Positions 10,939-19,781 of a stretch of DNA of 64,000 nt are shown in pieces. Location: assembly GCA_045133795.1 (NCBI GenBank), contig JBGUUT010000108.1, positions 2,499-66,498 of the forward strand, given 5' to 3'. Position numbers and translations under genes: made by a program. The DNA is from Spirochaetota bacterium. Lineage in GTDB: Bacteria > Spirochaetota > GWE2-31-10. Under the pieces are notes generated by a model, which ran no database searches, was not told where the DNA came from, and was given only the letters and a program-made list of their open reading frames with translations. The stretch's first letter is position 1; each line of letters opens with the position of its first letter.

Positions 10939-11006
10939 ATATAAAAATCTCCCGCAATATTATTTCAAAATTTCAGCGGGAACATAGCATTTTCTATGAA
11001 AAAATG

Positions 11007-11351
11007 TCAAGTTATACTTTTATTTTCTTTTTTCTTAGCTGAAAAATAAATATCTTGTATTTTTAATTCTGGAACTTTTAATTCAATTTTCTTTAATAAA
11101 TTATTTTTATAAAACGTCAAACTTTGAATTAATCCGGGATGTTTGCAATATACGCAAAGTGTATTTTTATAGATATATTCGGGATATGTTAAATTATACA
11201 ACTTTTCACCTATTATTTCCGACCAAATATTTCTTAGCGTTTCTATCTTAAACATCCAATAAACTGAATTATTAGTAACGCTTAATAATTTTGACATTTC
11301 ATCTTTTACTGACGAAATATTATAAAAATTCTTATTGAAGTATCGTGCCAT
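11007..11351 (-). CDS. DUF721 / DciA-like protein (putative replicative helicase operator)
   Basis: 114 aa. Position immediately after recF is where DUF721/DciA genes are usually found. Start overlaps recF 3' end by 20 nt. Assignment by context and size only. Confidence 0.45.
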   Translation of the reverse strand: MARYFNKNFYNISSVKDEMSKLLSVTNNSVYWMFKIETLRNIWSEIIGEKLYNLTYPEYIYKNTLCVYCKHPGLIQSLTFYKNNLLKKIELKVPELKIQDIYFSAKKKENKSIT

Positions 11352-12417
11352 TTTGAACCTTTATAATTTGAACTGCATTTTGATTAACAAAAAAGTTCTT
11401 ATATTTTTCATTTGTTAAAGTAATAAAGAGTTGATGTTTATTACAAATTACATCTAAAAATTGTTTTTGCTTCTCTGTATCAAGTTCTAATATAACATCA
11501 TCTAGCAATAATATAGGAGATGTTTTAAACTTTTCTTCATAACAAATAGCTTGTACTAATTTCAAGACTAAGGCACCTAATCTTATTTGTCCCAATGAAG
11601 CATATTTGGAAAAAACGGTATTATTTAAAATAAAATTATAATTATCTTTATGCGGACCTAAAAAACAAAATCCTTTTTCAAAATCAATTTTATCTTGATA
11701 GGATATATAGTCTAATAAATCCAGAGAAGAGTTAAAATTTTTATCATAAGACGGATTATATTTTATTACAGCTTCTTCTTTGAAATTACCTATAATTTTA
11801 AAATATTTAGAAAAAATACTACTTACATATTGAACAAGAGATTTTCTTTTATTCATCAACAAAAAAGATGTCTCTGCTATCTGTTGATTAAAAAAACATA
11901 AAATATCACTACGTCTGCTTTTTATTGCTGCATTTTTTTGTTTTAATAAAAGGCTGTAATTTCTTAGTGCTACAAGGTAATCATAATCAAGTATAGATAA
12001 AAAAATATCAAAAAAAACTCTCCTTTCTGCAGGCGTACCAGAAATAATTGAAATATCATTACTTCCAAAAAAAACAGTTTGTAATTTTCCTAAAATCTCG
12101 GAATGTTTAACTATTCTTTTTTCATCCAATAATATTTCTTTTTTTCCTGAGTACTTAACACTGACTTTACCGTGAATTCCTTTATTTTCATATCCGCAAG
12201 AAAGATGAAAGCAATTTTGTCCGTGTAAAATTAAATCCTTATCTGTTGCATTTCGAAATGCTCTAAGATGTGATAGATAATAGAGCATTTCTAAAAGATT
12301 GGACTTTCCCATTCCGTTTTGAGCAACAATTAAATTTATATTCTTCGTCGAATCAAACGACAAATCAAGGTTTTTATAATTTCGAAAATTTAAAGCTTTT
12401 AGATTATTTAATATCAA
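11332..12417 (-). CDS. recF: DNA replication and repair protein RecF
   Basis: N-terminal Walker A (AQNGMGKSNLLE), SMC-like signature and Walker B region. Classic dnaA-dnaN-recF context. Confidence 0.9.
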   Translation of the reverse strand: MILNNLKALNFRNYKNLDLSFDSTKNINLIVAQNGMGKSNLLEMLYYLSHLRAFRNATDKDLILHGQNCFHLSCGYENKGIHGKVSVKYSGKKEILLDEKRIVKHSEILGKLQTVFFGSNDISIISGTPAERRVFFDIFLSILDYDYLVALRNYSLLLKQKNAAIKSRRSDILCFFNQQIAETSFLLMNKRKSLVQYVSSIFSKYFKIIGNFKEEAVIKYNPSYDKNFNSSLDLLDYISYQDKIDFEKGFCFLGPHKDNYNFILNNTVFSKYASLGQIRLGALVLKLVQAICYEEKFKTSPILLLDDVILELDTEKQKQFLDVICNKHQLFITLTNEKYKNFFVNQNAVQIIKVQNGTILQ

Positions 12418-13530
12418 TTAAACACTCATTGGCATCATAATATAAATATAATCAGGATTGTCTTCTTCCAATATGACAATTGTACTGGAAGCATTATTAA
12501 ACTTAAATATAAGATTATCATTTTTTATAACGCTTATGACATCTGTTATATAAGAGAAGTTAAATGCGATTTTGATATCATCACTGTCATACTCAATATC
12601 GATTGTTTCTTCTCCGTCTCCGTAAGTCATATTTTCACTATAGATTTTCATCGTATTGCCAGACAGTGATATTATAACTTTGTGAGTATCTTTTTCTCCC
12701 ATTACACTTACACGATCTATAGCATCTTTAAAATCTTTTCTGTTAACTTTGAAGCTTTTTGCTGAATTAGCAGGAATTACAGATTGATAACTAGGAAAAC
12801 CTGAATCTAAAAGATTTGAAATAAAGAAACAGTTATCAATATTAATAAATACTTCTTTTTCATTAAGACCTACTTTTAGTTCTGTTTTATCATCTCCGGA
12901 ACACAATTTTAAAGCTTCTTGTAATATTTTAGGAGGTACGACTACTTTAGAAAAAGTTTCTTTTATTTCCACGTCTTTTTCTATTTTAGCAAGTCTTTTT
13001 CCATCAGTTGTAACCATTCTTAGTTTATTATCTTCATATTCAAACAAAGTACCTATTGCAAATTTTCTATTGTCATTTTGTGATACCGCAAACTTTGTTT
13101 TGTTTATCATATCAGCAAAAATGTCTTTAGGTACGTTAAAATAATTGATATTTGAAGTATCTAAGATTTCAGGAAATTTATCTGGCGAAATACCTTTGAG
13201 ATTGTATTTTAAAGTGTTTTTTCCTTTTGCTTTTATTTGAATATTTAAATCACTATCGCTTTGTATTTCTATTTCATCTGAAGGTAATTTTCTTGCTATA
13301 GAATAAAGCTTGTTTGAGTTTACACAGATTTCTCCTTCTTCTTCTACATCAGCTCCTATTTCTCCATAGAAACTTATTAATGTATCGCAAGCTTTTATTG
13401 TTAATTGATTGTTTTGTGCTTTTATATGAATGTTTGATAATATAGTTATACTGTTTTTTGAAGATATAACACTTTCACAAATACCAAGAATTTTGTTTAG
13501 ACTTTCAATTGAACAGAAAAATTTCATCAT
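12418..13530 (-). CDS. dnaN: DNA polymerase III beta subunit (sliding clamp)
   Basis: 370 aa, three-domain clamp length, abuts recF start. Confidence 0.9.
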   Translation of the reverse strand: MMKFFCSIESLNKILGICESVISSKNSITILSNIHIKAQNNQLTIKACDTLISFYGEIGADVEEEGEICVNSNKLYSIARKLPSDEIEIQSDSDLNIQIKAKGKNTLKYNLKGISPDKFPEILDTSNINYFNVPKDIFADMINKTKFAVSQNDNRKFAIGTLFEYEDNKLRMVTTDGKRLAKIEKDVEIKETFSKVVVPPKILQEALKLCSGDDKTELKVGLNEKEVFINIDNCFFISNLLDSGFPSYQSVIPANSAKSFKVNRKDFKDAIDRVSVMGEKDTHKVIISLSGNTMKIYSENMTYGDGEETIDIEYDSDDIKIAFNFSYITDVISVIKNDNLIFKFNNASSTIVILEEDNPDYIYIMMPMSV

Positions 13531-13710
13531 AACTCCTTTAGTTATTAACTTTCTCTATTATTTCTAAATTTATTAAATTTTAGTAGTAGAAGTAATAGGG
13601 GGTGTTTATATGTTTATAACACAGTTAAATTGTTTTATATAGCGATTTTACAGTTATGAAAACTTGTTCATAAGGTTTTCTGGTTATTAACGTTATAAAC
13701 ATAAAAATAC

Positions 13711-13749
13711 TTTTTAACATTTTATTCTATCTTATTAAACAACTTATCA
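13711..13749. repeat. 39-bp direct repeat, copy 1 (second copy at 14205-14242, 37/39 identical)
   Basis: tttttaacattttattctatcttattaaacaacttatca versus tttttaacattttattttatcttattaacaacttatca. Each copy lies just downstream (minus-strand sense) of a copy of the dnaA 3' end. Confidence 0.8.
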
Positions 13750-13770
13750 CTAATATTTTTGTCTCAATAT

Positions 13771-13803
13771 CTTCTTTTATTCTGTTTTCAATATTAATAA
13801 CTT
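13771..13803. repeat. Perfect 33-bp duplicate of the dnaA 3' coding end (identical to 15888-15920)
   Basis: cttcttttattctgttttcaatattaataactt is present at both sites. The copy at 13771 is non-coding and lies 2.08 kb away from the real gene end. Confidence 0.9.
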
Positions 13804-14040
13804 TATTTATCTTCCTTATAAAGCATTAATAATGATAATTGTTTCTTCTTTTATAATACGGTTTATGTGTAATTGATTGTTGTAGTTATTTTCAAATATC
13901 ATTATATATCTTTTGTATATTTTTTGCTTATAAGGTTAATAAAAGACTATGTAAATAAAGAAAAACGGCATTTCTTATATAAAAGAGATGTCGTTTTATC
14001 AAAATAATATATAGAGGTGAAAAATAAGTGATAGTGCGGA

Positions 14041-14140
14041 TATAAAAAAGCGTCTGAGGGGGCGGGCCATTCCCCATAAAGACGGTAGCATAAAGCCCTT
14101 AATCTCTCGGCTGCCCTTTCCGATGTTCCAGACGCTAATT
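14041..14140 (-). ncRNA. Candidate small structured RNA (GC-rich element with 8-bp closing stem and 3' T-run on minus strand)
   Basis: Positions 14048-14135 are about 57% GC in an AT-rich intergenic region. agcgtctg (14048-55) pairs with cagacgct (14128-35); internal G/C runs (ggggg, cgggcc, cccc, agccc/ggct, gccc) can pair. On the minus strand the element is followed by tttttt; a GATAAT-like -10 lies about 10 nt upstream (14150s). Confidence 0.35.
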
Positions 14141-14204
14141 AAATATTATCATATAATAATGGAAGAAAAGATAATTTTTTTTTCTGTTATTTAAGGAAAG
14201 ATAG

Positions 14205-14242
14205 TTTTTAACATTTTATTTTATCTTATTAACAACTTATCA
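14205..14242. repeat. 39-bp direct repeat, copy 2, preceded by partial dnaA-end copy ccttcttttattct (14256-14269)
   Basis: See 13711-13749. A 14-bp match to the dnaA 3' end at 14256-14269. Confidence 0.8.
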
Positions 14243-14356
14243 TTGTTGTTAAATTCCTTCTTTTATTCTACCAATGCTATATGCTTGTGTATAGAAGGCA
14301 ATAATAATTGGCGTTCTCGAATTAATTAGTAGAAGATAATTCTATAAAACCAGTTA

Positions 14357-14974
14357 TTAATTAACAACAAGTGCAGAGAAGGTGTCTACGATTTTTTTTA
14401 CAAAATTAGAAACATTACTGTCTGTGAAAGTCCCCAAGTCCTGTGGTTCAGGAACATTATCAATTCGCTTCACAGTTGCCTGTGGATGATTTTTATTATA
14501 AGCGTCGATAATCGAATTAAAACCACGAAGTAGAAAAACATAAGCATAATACGCATCGTTAAGATGTTTTACGAGTTTTTCAAAGTTTGGGTTTGTAACT
14601 TCATTTGCTTTAGTCGTAACCGTATCATAAGAGTTTTTCGCATTTTGAAATTTATTTTCAATAGCTACTGAAAGTCCCAAATCCTTAAAATCGTTTGAGG
14701 TTTTATACTTATTGTAAAATCCAACAAGTAAGCTTGAAGTCCGCTTAAACTCTTCGAAGAAAGACTCATAGGAATCTTTTATACTTTTCTTGTCAGTTTC
14801 GATGTCTTTCTCTGATTCGGTTAATGGGGCTAAAAGATAATTACTTAGCAAGTTAACAAAAGAAAAATCCAACGCAAAAAAGCTATTCTTTAAGTCCGCT
14901 ATGTCCTTTTGTAGGTCGGTTTTTATCTCGTCTTCAAAGAATTTGTTAAGTGCAAAAATTTTTTCAAAATCCAT
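14357..14974 (-). CDS. Hypothetical protein (island ORF-B, 205 aa, predicted helical)
   Basis: Long ORF with noticeably higher GC than flanking genes and no recognisable motif. Located between dnaA and dnaN. Confidence 0.4.
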   Translation of the reverse strand: MDFEKIFALNKFFEDEIKTDLQKDIADLKNSFFALDFSFVNLLSNYLLAPLTESEKDIETDKKSIKDSYESFFEEFKRTSSLLVGFYNKYKTSNDFKDLGLSVAIENKFQNAKNSYDTVTTKANEVTNPNFEKLVKHLNDAYYAYVFLLRGFNSIIDAYNKNHPQATVKRIDNVPEPQDLGTFTDSNVSNFVKKIVDTFSALVVN

Positions 14975-15053
14975 AATGATTTCCTCTTTTTCTAATTTAA
15001 ATATTATAATCTTCCAATATTTACCCCTGTTATTTTAATGGTACCAGAATGCG

Positions 15054-15065
15054 TTGTTGCAACAA
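15054..15065. promoter_or_regulatory. Perfect 12-bp palindrome TTGTTGCAACAA in the ORF-A/ORF-B intergenic region (candidate operator)
   Basis: gcgTTGTTGCAACAAtttg is exactly self-complementary. It lies about 90 nt upstream of the ORF-B start. Confidence 0.35.
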
Positions 15066-15207
15066 TTTGTCAAAGGCGTTACCTTCTAGGTTATTCTGTC
15101 TGAAGTAACATAAAATTATATAACTTTGGAAAAACTCAGGCAATATATGGATTGTTTCTGCTAATTGTACGTTTCTAAATAGCCATGTAGTACTTTTATT
15201 TTTTTGT

Positions 15208-15816
15208 TTATGACAAAGTAAGTGAATCTACTCCGGGAATAATATATTGTAAGCAATCTTTGCCTGAATCGGGGGCTTTATATGCCTTAAAACTACCACC
15301 ATTTTTTTGGGCAATTTTTTTATAAGCTTTGTTAGCAGGATTTTCTTCTAAAGAGTCCCATTTTATACAAGTGTATTTTTGTTTTAATTCAGGAATAAGG
15401 TTAGCTAAATCACATGCAAGTGTAGTGTAAGGGTGGTCAATGTCAAAAGAAAACATTTTTATACCAATTATTTCAGTTCCTGAACAAATAATGGCTACGA
15501 ATCCTTTTAAGTTTTTTGTTTCTGTGTCTATATTGAAAAATGACTTTATTGTTCCACCTATAGACTTTATGGATAAAGAAATTAAATCGTACAAAGTAAC
15601 ATGCTCATCTTCTGGCTCAATGCTTGAAATAAGGTATTTGTATTTTGTATCCATCAATTCTTTAGCTGGTGTTTTTAAGATATTTTCTACTGCCGGATTC
15701 TTTTTAAGATAATCATCTAGTACTTTGATTTCTGCTCTTTCTAGCACTTCTGTAATTCGATGACTTTTTCCAAGATAAGCAAAGAATTGTTCTACTATTT
15801 TTTCTTCTTTGGTCAC
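15208..15816 (-). CDS. Hypothetical protein (island ORF-A, 202 aa)
   Basis: ORF with good RBS (GGAGG upstream of ATG) and no recognised family. Immediately downstream of dnaA. Confidence 0.4.
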   Translation of the reverse strand: MTKEEKIVEQFFAYLGKSHRITEVLERAEIKVLDDYLKKNPAVENILKTPAKELMDTKYKYLISSIEPEDEHVTLYDLISLSIKSIGGTIKSFFNIDTETKNLKGFVAIICSGTEIIGIKMFSFDIDHPYTTLACDLANLIPELKQKYTCIKWDSLEENPANKAYKKIAQKNGGSFKAYKAPDSGKDCLQYIIPGVDSLTLS

Positions 15817-15879
15817 TTTTAATCTCCTCCCAAAAAAAAAGAAAAGACATTTTTTACAGAAAGCACTAAAAACAATTGA

Positions 15880-17343
15880 CTAACCACCTTCTTTTATTCT
15901 GTTTTCAATATTAATAACTTCAGATTTTAATTTTTTATCATCATTCATACATTTTTTTATTTTGTTTGCAGCATGAATGATGGTTGCATGTTCTTTATTG
16001 AAATATTTTCCAATTTGATTTGTTGATAATCGAGTGTATTGTGTGCTCAAATACATAGCTATTTGTCTTGCGATAGCAATTGATTGTGTGCGTTTTTTAC
16101 CTCGTATGTCTAAAACGGTTAAATCATAGTAATTCGCAACTATTTCCATTATCTTATCAATAGATATATTTCCTACTGATTTAACAGCAGTTATTTTATC
16201 TTTTAAACATTTATTGATAACATCAATTGTTATTTCTTTTATATTCATAATACTTGTATAAGCCAATAAATCCCTGAAAGCACCTTTTATTTCTCTTATG
16301 TTACCGGAAATATTTGTACAAATATATTCTATATTTTGAAGATTTAAGTTCATGTTATTTTGTTGAGCTAAATCTTTTAATATAGCCATCTTTAATTCAT
16401 AATCAGGTTGTTTTAATTCTACGGTTGTCCCCATACTGAAACGACTTTTAATTCTTTTTTCAACATCTTTAACTTTAGATATAGGTTGATCGCAAGTTAT
16501 AACGATTTGTGTTTTTCTGTCATAAAGTTCGTTAAACGTATTAAAAAGCTCGTTTAAACAAGCACCTTTTCCGGATAAAACTTGAAAATCATCAAGAAGT
16601 AAAATATCTAGTTTGCGGTATTTTTCTCTGAATATTTTAGGTTTATCAGAGTCTTTATGTCTGATTGAATCTAAAAACTCATTTAAAAAATTTTCAGATG
16701 TAACATATGTAATTTTCTTTTGATTGAATAATCTTTCCGCACGTTGTTTTATTGCTTTTATAAGATGAGTTTTTCCGGTTCCGCTTTCGCCCCATAGAAA
16801 AAGAGGATTTCTTTTAGGATTACCGGGTTCTTCGGCTATTGTCTGAGCTAGTCTGAAAGCGTATTCGTTTGTATCATCTGTTAAAAACGAATCAAACGTA
16901 CATTCTTCATCATTATCTGAAAAAACTCTGTCTGTTTGTTCTTCTTCAACAGGAAGAATTTCTTCTGCTTTTATATCAATAATCGGTTCTATTTTCTGAG
17001 GTTCTTCGACTAATTGTGTTTTAGGCGGAATTACAATTTTTTCTTCAATGATTTCTTTTTGTTTTGGCTGCTCTTTTTTTTCTATTTGAACTGCATCACA
17101 TCCTGAATCAACGATAATATTGATGTTTATTTTCTGGTTCCAACATTTTAAGAGTATATTTTCAAATGTTTTTTTGTAGTTTGAAAGAATAAAATCTTTT
17201 AAGAAATCGTTAGGAGTGACCAAGGTTAAGCTTTTGTCACCTTCTGAAAAAGAATAATATTGCAATTGTGTTAAAAACATACTTGGAACATCTTGTTCCG
17301 ATATAAAATTTTGAATTCCTGTCCAGAAAATTGAATAATCCAT
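15880..17343 (-). CDS. dnaA: Chromosomal replication initiator DnaA
   Basis: 487 aa. AAA+ Walker A GESGTGKTHL, sensor motifs, C-terminal DNA-binding domain with the DnaA signature region (..IGKYFNKEHATIIHA..). Confidence 0.95.
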   Translation of the reverse strand: MDYSIFWTGIQNFISEQDVPSMFLTQLQYYSFSEGDKSLTLVTPNDFLKDFILSNYKKTFENILLKCWNQKININIIVDSGCDAVQIEKKEQPKQKEIIEEKIVIPPKTQLVEEPQKIEPIIDIKAEEILPVEEEQTDRVFSDNDEECTFDSFLTDDTNEYAFRLAQTIAEEPGNPKRNPLFLWGESGTGKTHLIKAIKQRAERLFNQKKITYVTSENFLNEFLDSIRHKDSDKPKIFREKYRKLDILLLDDFQVLSGKGACLNELFNTFNELYDRKTQIVITCDQPISKVKDVEKRIKSRFSMGTTVELKQPDYELKMAILKDLAQQNNMNLNLQNIEYICTNISGNIREIKGAFRDLLAYTSIMNIKEITIDVINKCLKDKITAVKSVGNISIDKIMEIVANYYDLTVLDIRGKKRTQSIAIARQIAMYLSTQYTRLSTNQIGKYFNKEHATIIHAANKIKKCMNDDKKLKSEVINIENRIKEGG

Positions 17344-17654
17344 GTCACATATCCTATGTATAAAAAAAGTAATAAAAAAATAAAATTGAATTCAATTTTT
17401 AGTATACTGGTGCCGAAAATCGAATCTTTTTTTGTATCGGTACTTAAAACAGTTTATTAACAAGTTTTTTGAAAAAAAATATTTCTACGATTTATTAACA
17501 AGAGTACGTTTGAATTACTTGTTAATACTTGTAACTTGTTTAATAAACATTAATTAGAAGAAAAAAGGTAATGTTTTTTTATAATGTTATTAACATAGAT
17601 ATAGTTAAAAAATGAGTTAAATTAACAAGTTATTAACAACTTTAGGAGTTTAAT
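17344..17654. promoter_or_regulatory. Candidate oriC: AT-rich region with 7 copies of TTATTAACA(AG) in both orientations
   Basis: Copies at about 17454, 17491, 17517 (rev), 17534 (rev, one insertion), 17586, 17620 (AATTAACAAG) and 17631. AT-rich tract 17344-17410 is a possible unwinding element. Lies immediately upstream of dnaA. Confidence 0.5.
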
Positions 17655-18431
17655 GTGATTATTAAAGATAGTTATTTACAACCTTTTTGGAGTGAGAAAT
17701 TCGCAGATTATATATGTTGTGGTTTTACTTTAGCACAAATGGGAAACATGGCATTGACAAGAGAAAGTTTGAACGGAAAGACTACAAGTTTCAATAAAGA
17801 GCAGATATTGAAAGAGGTAAAAGCTGATGATTTTTCTCTCTTTTCTCCGCTTCAAACGCATTCTAATGAGTTTATAGAGGTTTTACCGCATATAAAAGAT
17901 TGTGGAAGATATGGAAAAGAAGATGCAATTGAAGGTGATGCAGCAATAACTGAAAACACTAAAATGATGTTGTTAACGACATGGGCGGATTGTATTCCGG
18001 TTATATTATATTCTCCGGAAAATAATATAGTTGCGACAATTCACTCAGGATGGAAAGGAACTTATAAACAGATTGTGAACAATGTACTGTCATATTTTCA
18101 CAAGAAACAAACAAATTTTGAACAACTATATGCAGCAGTTGGACCGGGTATAAAAAAGTGTTGTTATCAAGTAAGTGATGATTTTTTAGATTATTTTCCT
18201 TTATATAAAGATAAGCTTTTTCAATATAAAAATGAAAAATTGTATTTTGATTTGTCATATTGTGTTTATTTACAGCTAATAGAATGTGGAATAAAACAAG
18301 AAAATATTGATTACAGTGAATATTGTACTTGTTGCAATGAATCTCCTTTATTTTCTTCATTTAGAAGAGAAAAAGATTTATTTCAAGGACAGGCTGCGTT
18401 TATAGGAATGAGAAAGAAATATGGAGAATAA
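17655..18431 (+). CDS. pgeF: Peptidoglycan editing factor PgeF / YfiH family (DUF152, purine nucleoside phosphorylase/laccase-domain protein)
   Basis: Motifs TWADCIPV, HSGWKGT and CTCC..PLFSSFRRE, characteristic of the YfiH family. GTG start with AGGAG RBS. Confidence 0.8.
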   Translation: MIIKDSYLQPFWSEKFADYICCGFTLAQMGNMALTRESLNGKTTSFNKEQILKEVKADDFSLFSPLQTHSNEFIEVLPHIKDCGRYGKEDAIEGDAAITENTKMMLLTTWADCIPVILYSPENNIVATIHSGWKGTYKQIVNNVLSYFHKKQTNFEQLYAAVGPGIKKCCYQVSDDFLDYFPLYKDKLFQYKNEKLYFDLSYCVYLQLIECGIKQENIDYSEYCTCCNESPLFSSFRREKDLFQGQAAFIGMRKKYGE

Positions 18432-19077
18432 TTTATTTTATGAAATCGTAGATAATAATGAAGATTTTATAGTTATTAACAAGTTTCCTGATGTAAGTTT
18501 CCATTCTGAGAATAATGAAGTTGGATTGTTTGCTAAGTTAAAAGAAGATTTAAATATTCCGCTGTTTTCGGTACATAGGCTTGATAAAATAACATCAGGC
18601 TTGATATTGATAGCTAAAAGTTCCGAATCGGCAGCAGAATTGTCTGATTTATTTTCATCAAGACAAATAGAAAAATATTATGTCGCCGTATCGGATAAAA
18701 AGCCTAAGAAAAAGCAAGGTATTATTTCCGGTGATATGAAGAAAGCAAGAAGAGGTCAATGGAAATTATGCAGAACTTATGAAAATCCGGCAATAACCCG
18801 CTTTTCTTCCTTAAAACACGAAGATAAATATTTATTTTTATTAAAACCGCAAACAGGAAAAACGCATCAAATAAGAGTTGCGATGAAATCAATTTGTGCT
18901 CCTATAGTAGGAGATGTTTTATATGGCGGCACAGTGTCGGATAGAGGGTATTTGCATTCGATAAAATTAAGTTTTTCTCATAAAGGAAAGAAATACGAGT
19001 ATATTAATTTTCCTAATGTAGGTAAGCTTTTTAAGGTTGAAGAAGTAGAAAGATTGATGTCAGAAATTATTTTGTAA
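18421..19077 (+). CDS. RluA-family pseudouridine synthase (no S4 domain)
   Basis: Catalytic motif HRLDKITSGLILIAK with the Asp in HRLD. Length 218 aa, as in TruC/RluA short forms. Confidence 0.8.
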   Translation: MENNLFYEIVDNNEDFIVINKFPDVSFHSENNEVGLFAKLKEDLNIPLFSVHRLDKITSGLILIAKSSESAAELSDLFSSRQIEKYYVAVSDKKPKKKQGIISGDMKKARRGQWKLCRTYENPAITRFSSLKHEDKYLFLLKPQTGKTHQIRVAMKSICAPIVGDVLYGGTVSDRGYLHSIKLSFSHKGKKYEYINFPNVGKLFKVEEVERLMSEIIL

Positions 19078-19170
19078 TATACGAGTTATTTTAAAAAAAA
19101 AGAAAGATATTGATTTTTGAAAATTTTCTCGTATAGTGTAGAACAATATTTTTAAAAAAGGGGTTGGTTG

Positions 19171-19779
19171 ATGGAATCTAAATTGCAAGAACTGACACAA
19201 AAGATTTATCAAGACGGAATTGAAAAAGCTAATAATGAAGCAAAAGCGTTACTTGATAGTGCAAAAAAAGAAGCTGAGCAAATTTTAGCAGAAGCAAAAA
19301 AAGAAGCTGAAACTTTAAAGGCAAATGCAAAGAAAGATGCAGAATTGTTGGAACAAAAGACAAATGCAGAAATAAAAGTTGCAGGCGAACAAGCCATGTC
19401 TTTATTAAAACAAGAAATTACAGCTATTTTATCAAAAAATACTATTTCAGCAGGAGTATCTGAAGCTGTAAACGGTAAAGAATTAATAGCAGATGTAGTA
19501 AAAGTTGTTGCTGCTAAAATGGGTTCAGAAGAAATGGATTTGAATGTTATTCTTCCTGAAAAATCAAAAGCTGATTTTGAAGCTTTCTTAAAGAAAGAAA
19601 TGACTGCATTCTTGAATAAAGGAATGGAGTTGAAATTTGAAGAAAGAATGGCTGGCGGATTTAAAATTACACCGAAAGACGGTTCATATGTATTGTCTTT
19701 TACTGAAGATGATTTTGTGAATTTCTTTCAGTCATTTTTAAGACCGAAAGCAAAGAAAATTCTCTTCCCGGGAGCATAA
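19171..19779 (+). CDS. atpE: V-type ATP synthase subunit E
   Basis: About 200 aa Ala/Glu/Lys-rich coiled-coil N-terminus (AKKEAEQILAEAKKEAE...) and globular C-terminus. First gene of V-ATPase cluster. ATG at 19171 preferred over the TTG at 19168 in the ORF track. Confidence 0.8.
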   Translation: MESKLQELTQKIYQDGIEKANNEAKALLDSAKKEAEQILAEAKKEAETLKANAKKDAELLEQKTNAEIKVAGEQAMSLLKQEITAILSKNTISAGVSEAVNGKELIADVVKVVAAKMGSEEMDLNVILPEKSKADFEAFLKKEMTAFLNKGMELKFEERMAGGFKITPKDGSYVLSFTEDDFVNFFQSFLRPKAKKILFPGA

Positions 19780-19781
19780 CA

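Noticed and set aside
14048-14135. Resemblance of the GC-rich element to a twister ribozyme (GGGGGCGG, AUAAAG, AAGCCC, CUGCC-like blocks) and to the SRP RNA helix-8 motif (GGAAAGGGCAGCC on the minus strand)
   Set aside because: The blocks occur in an order that is neither the canonical nor a circularly permuted twister arrangement. The GGAA loop lacks a closing C-G pair and the 5' partner strand for an SRP helix 8 is missing. Kept only as an unclassified structured-RNA candidate.
14465-14480. DnaA-box-like TGTGGATGA (one mismatch to TGTGGATAA)
   Set aside because: Single occurrence inside the ORF-B coding sequence, not clustered; no support as a functional box.
15208-15816. ORF-A as a GNAT acetyltransferase toxin (segment NPANKAYKKIAQKNGG resembles GNAT motif B)
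   Set aside because: No R/Q-x-x-G-x-G/A CoA-binding motif A or other GNAT core strands could be found. Resemblance too weak.
19209-19397. Antisense ORFs inside atpE, atpA (21208-21507), feoB, pyk and other genes listed in the six-frame track
   Set aside because: Embedded opposite well-supported conserved genes, low-complexity translations, no RBS/start context; treated as spurious.
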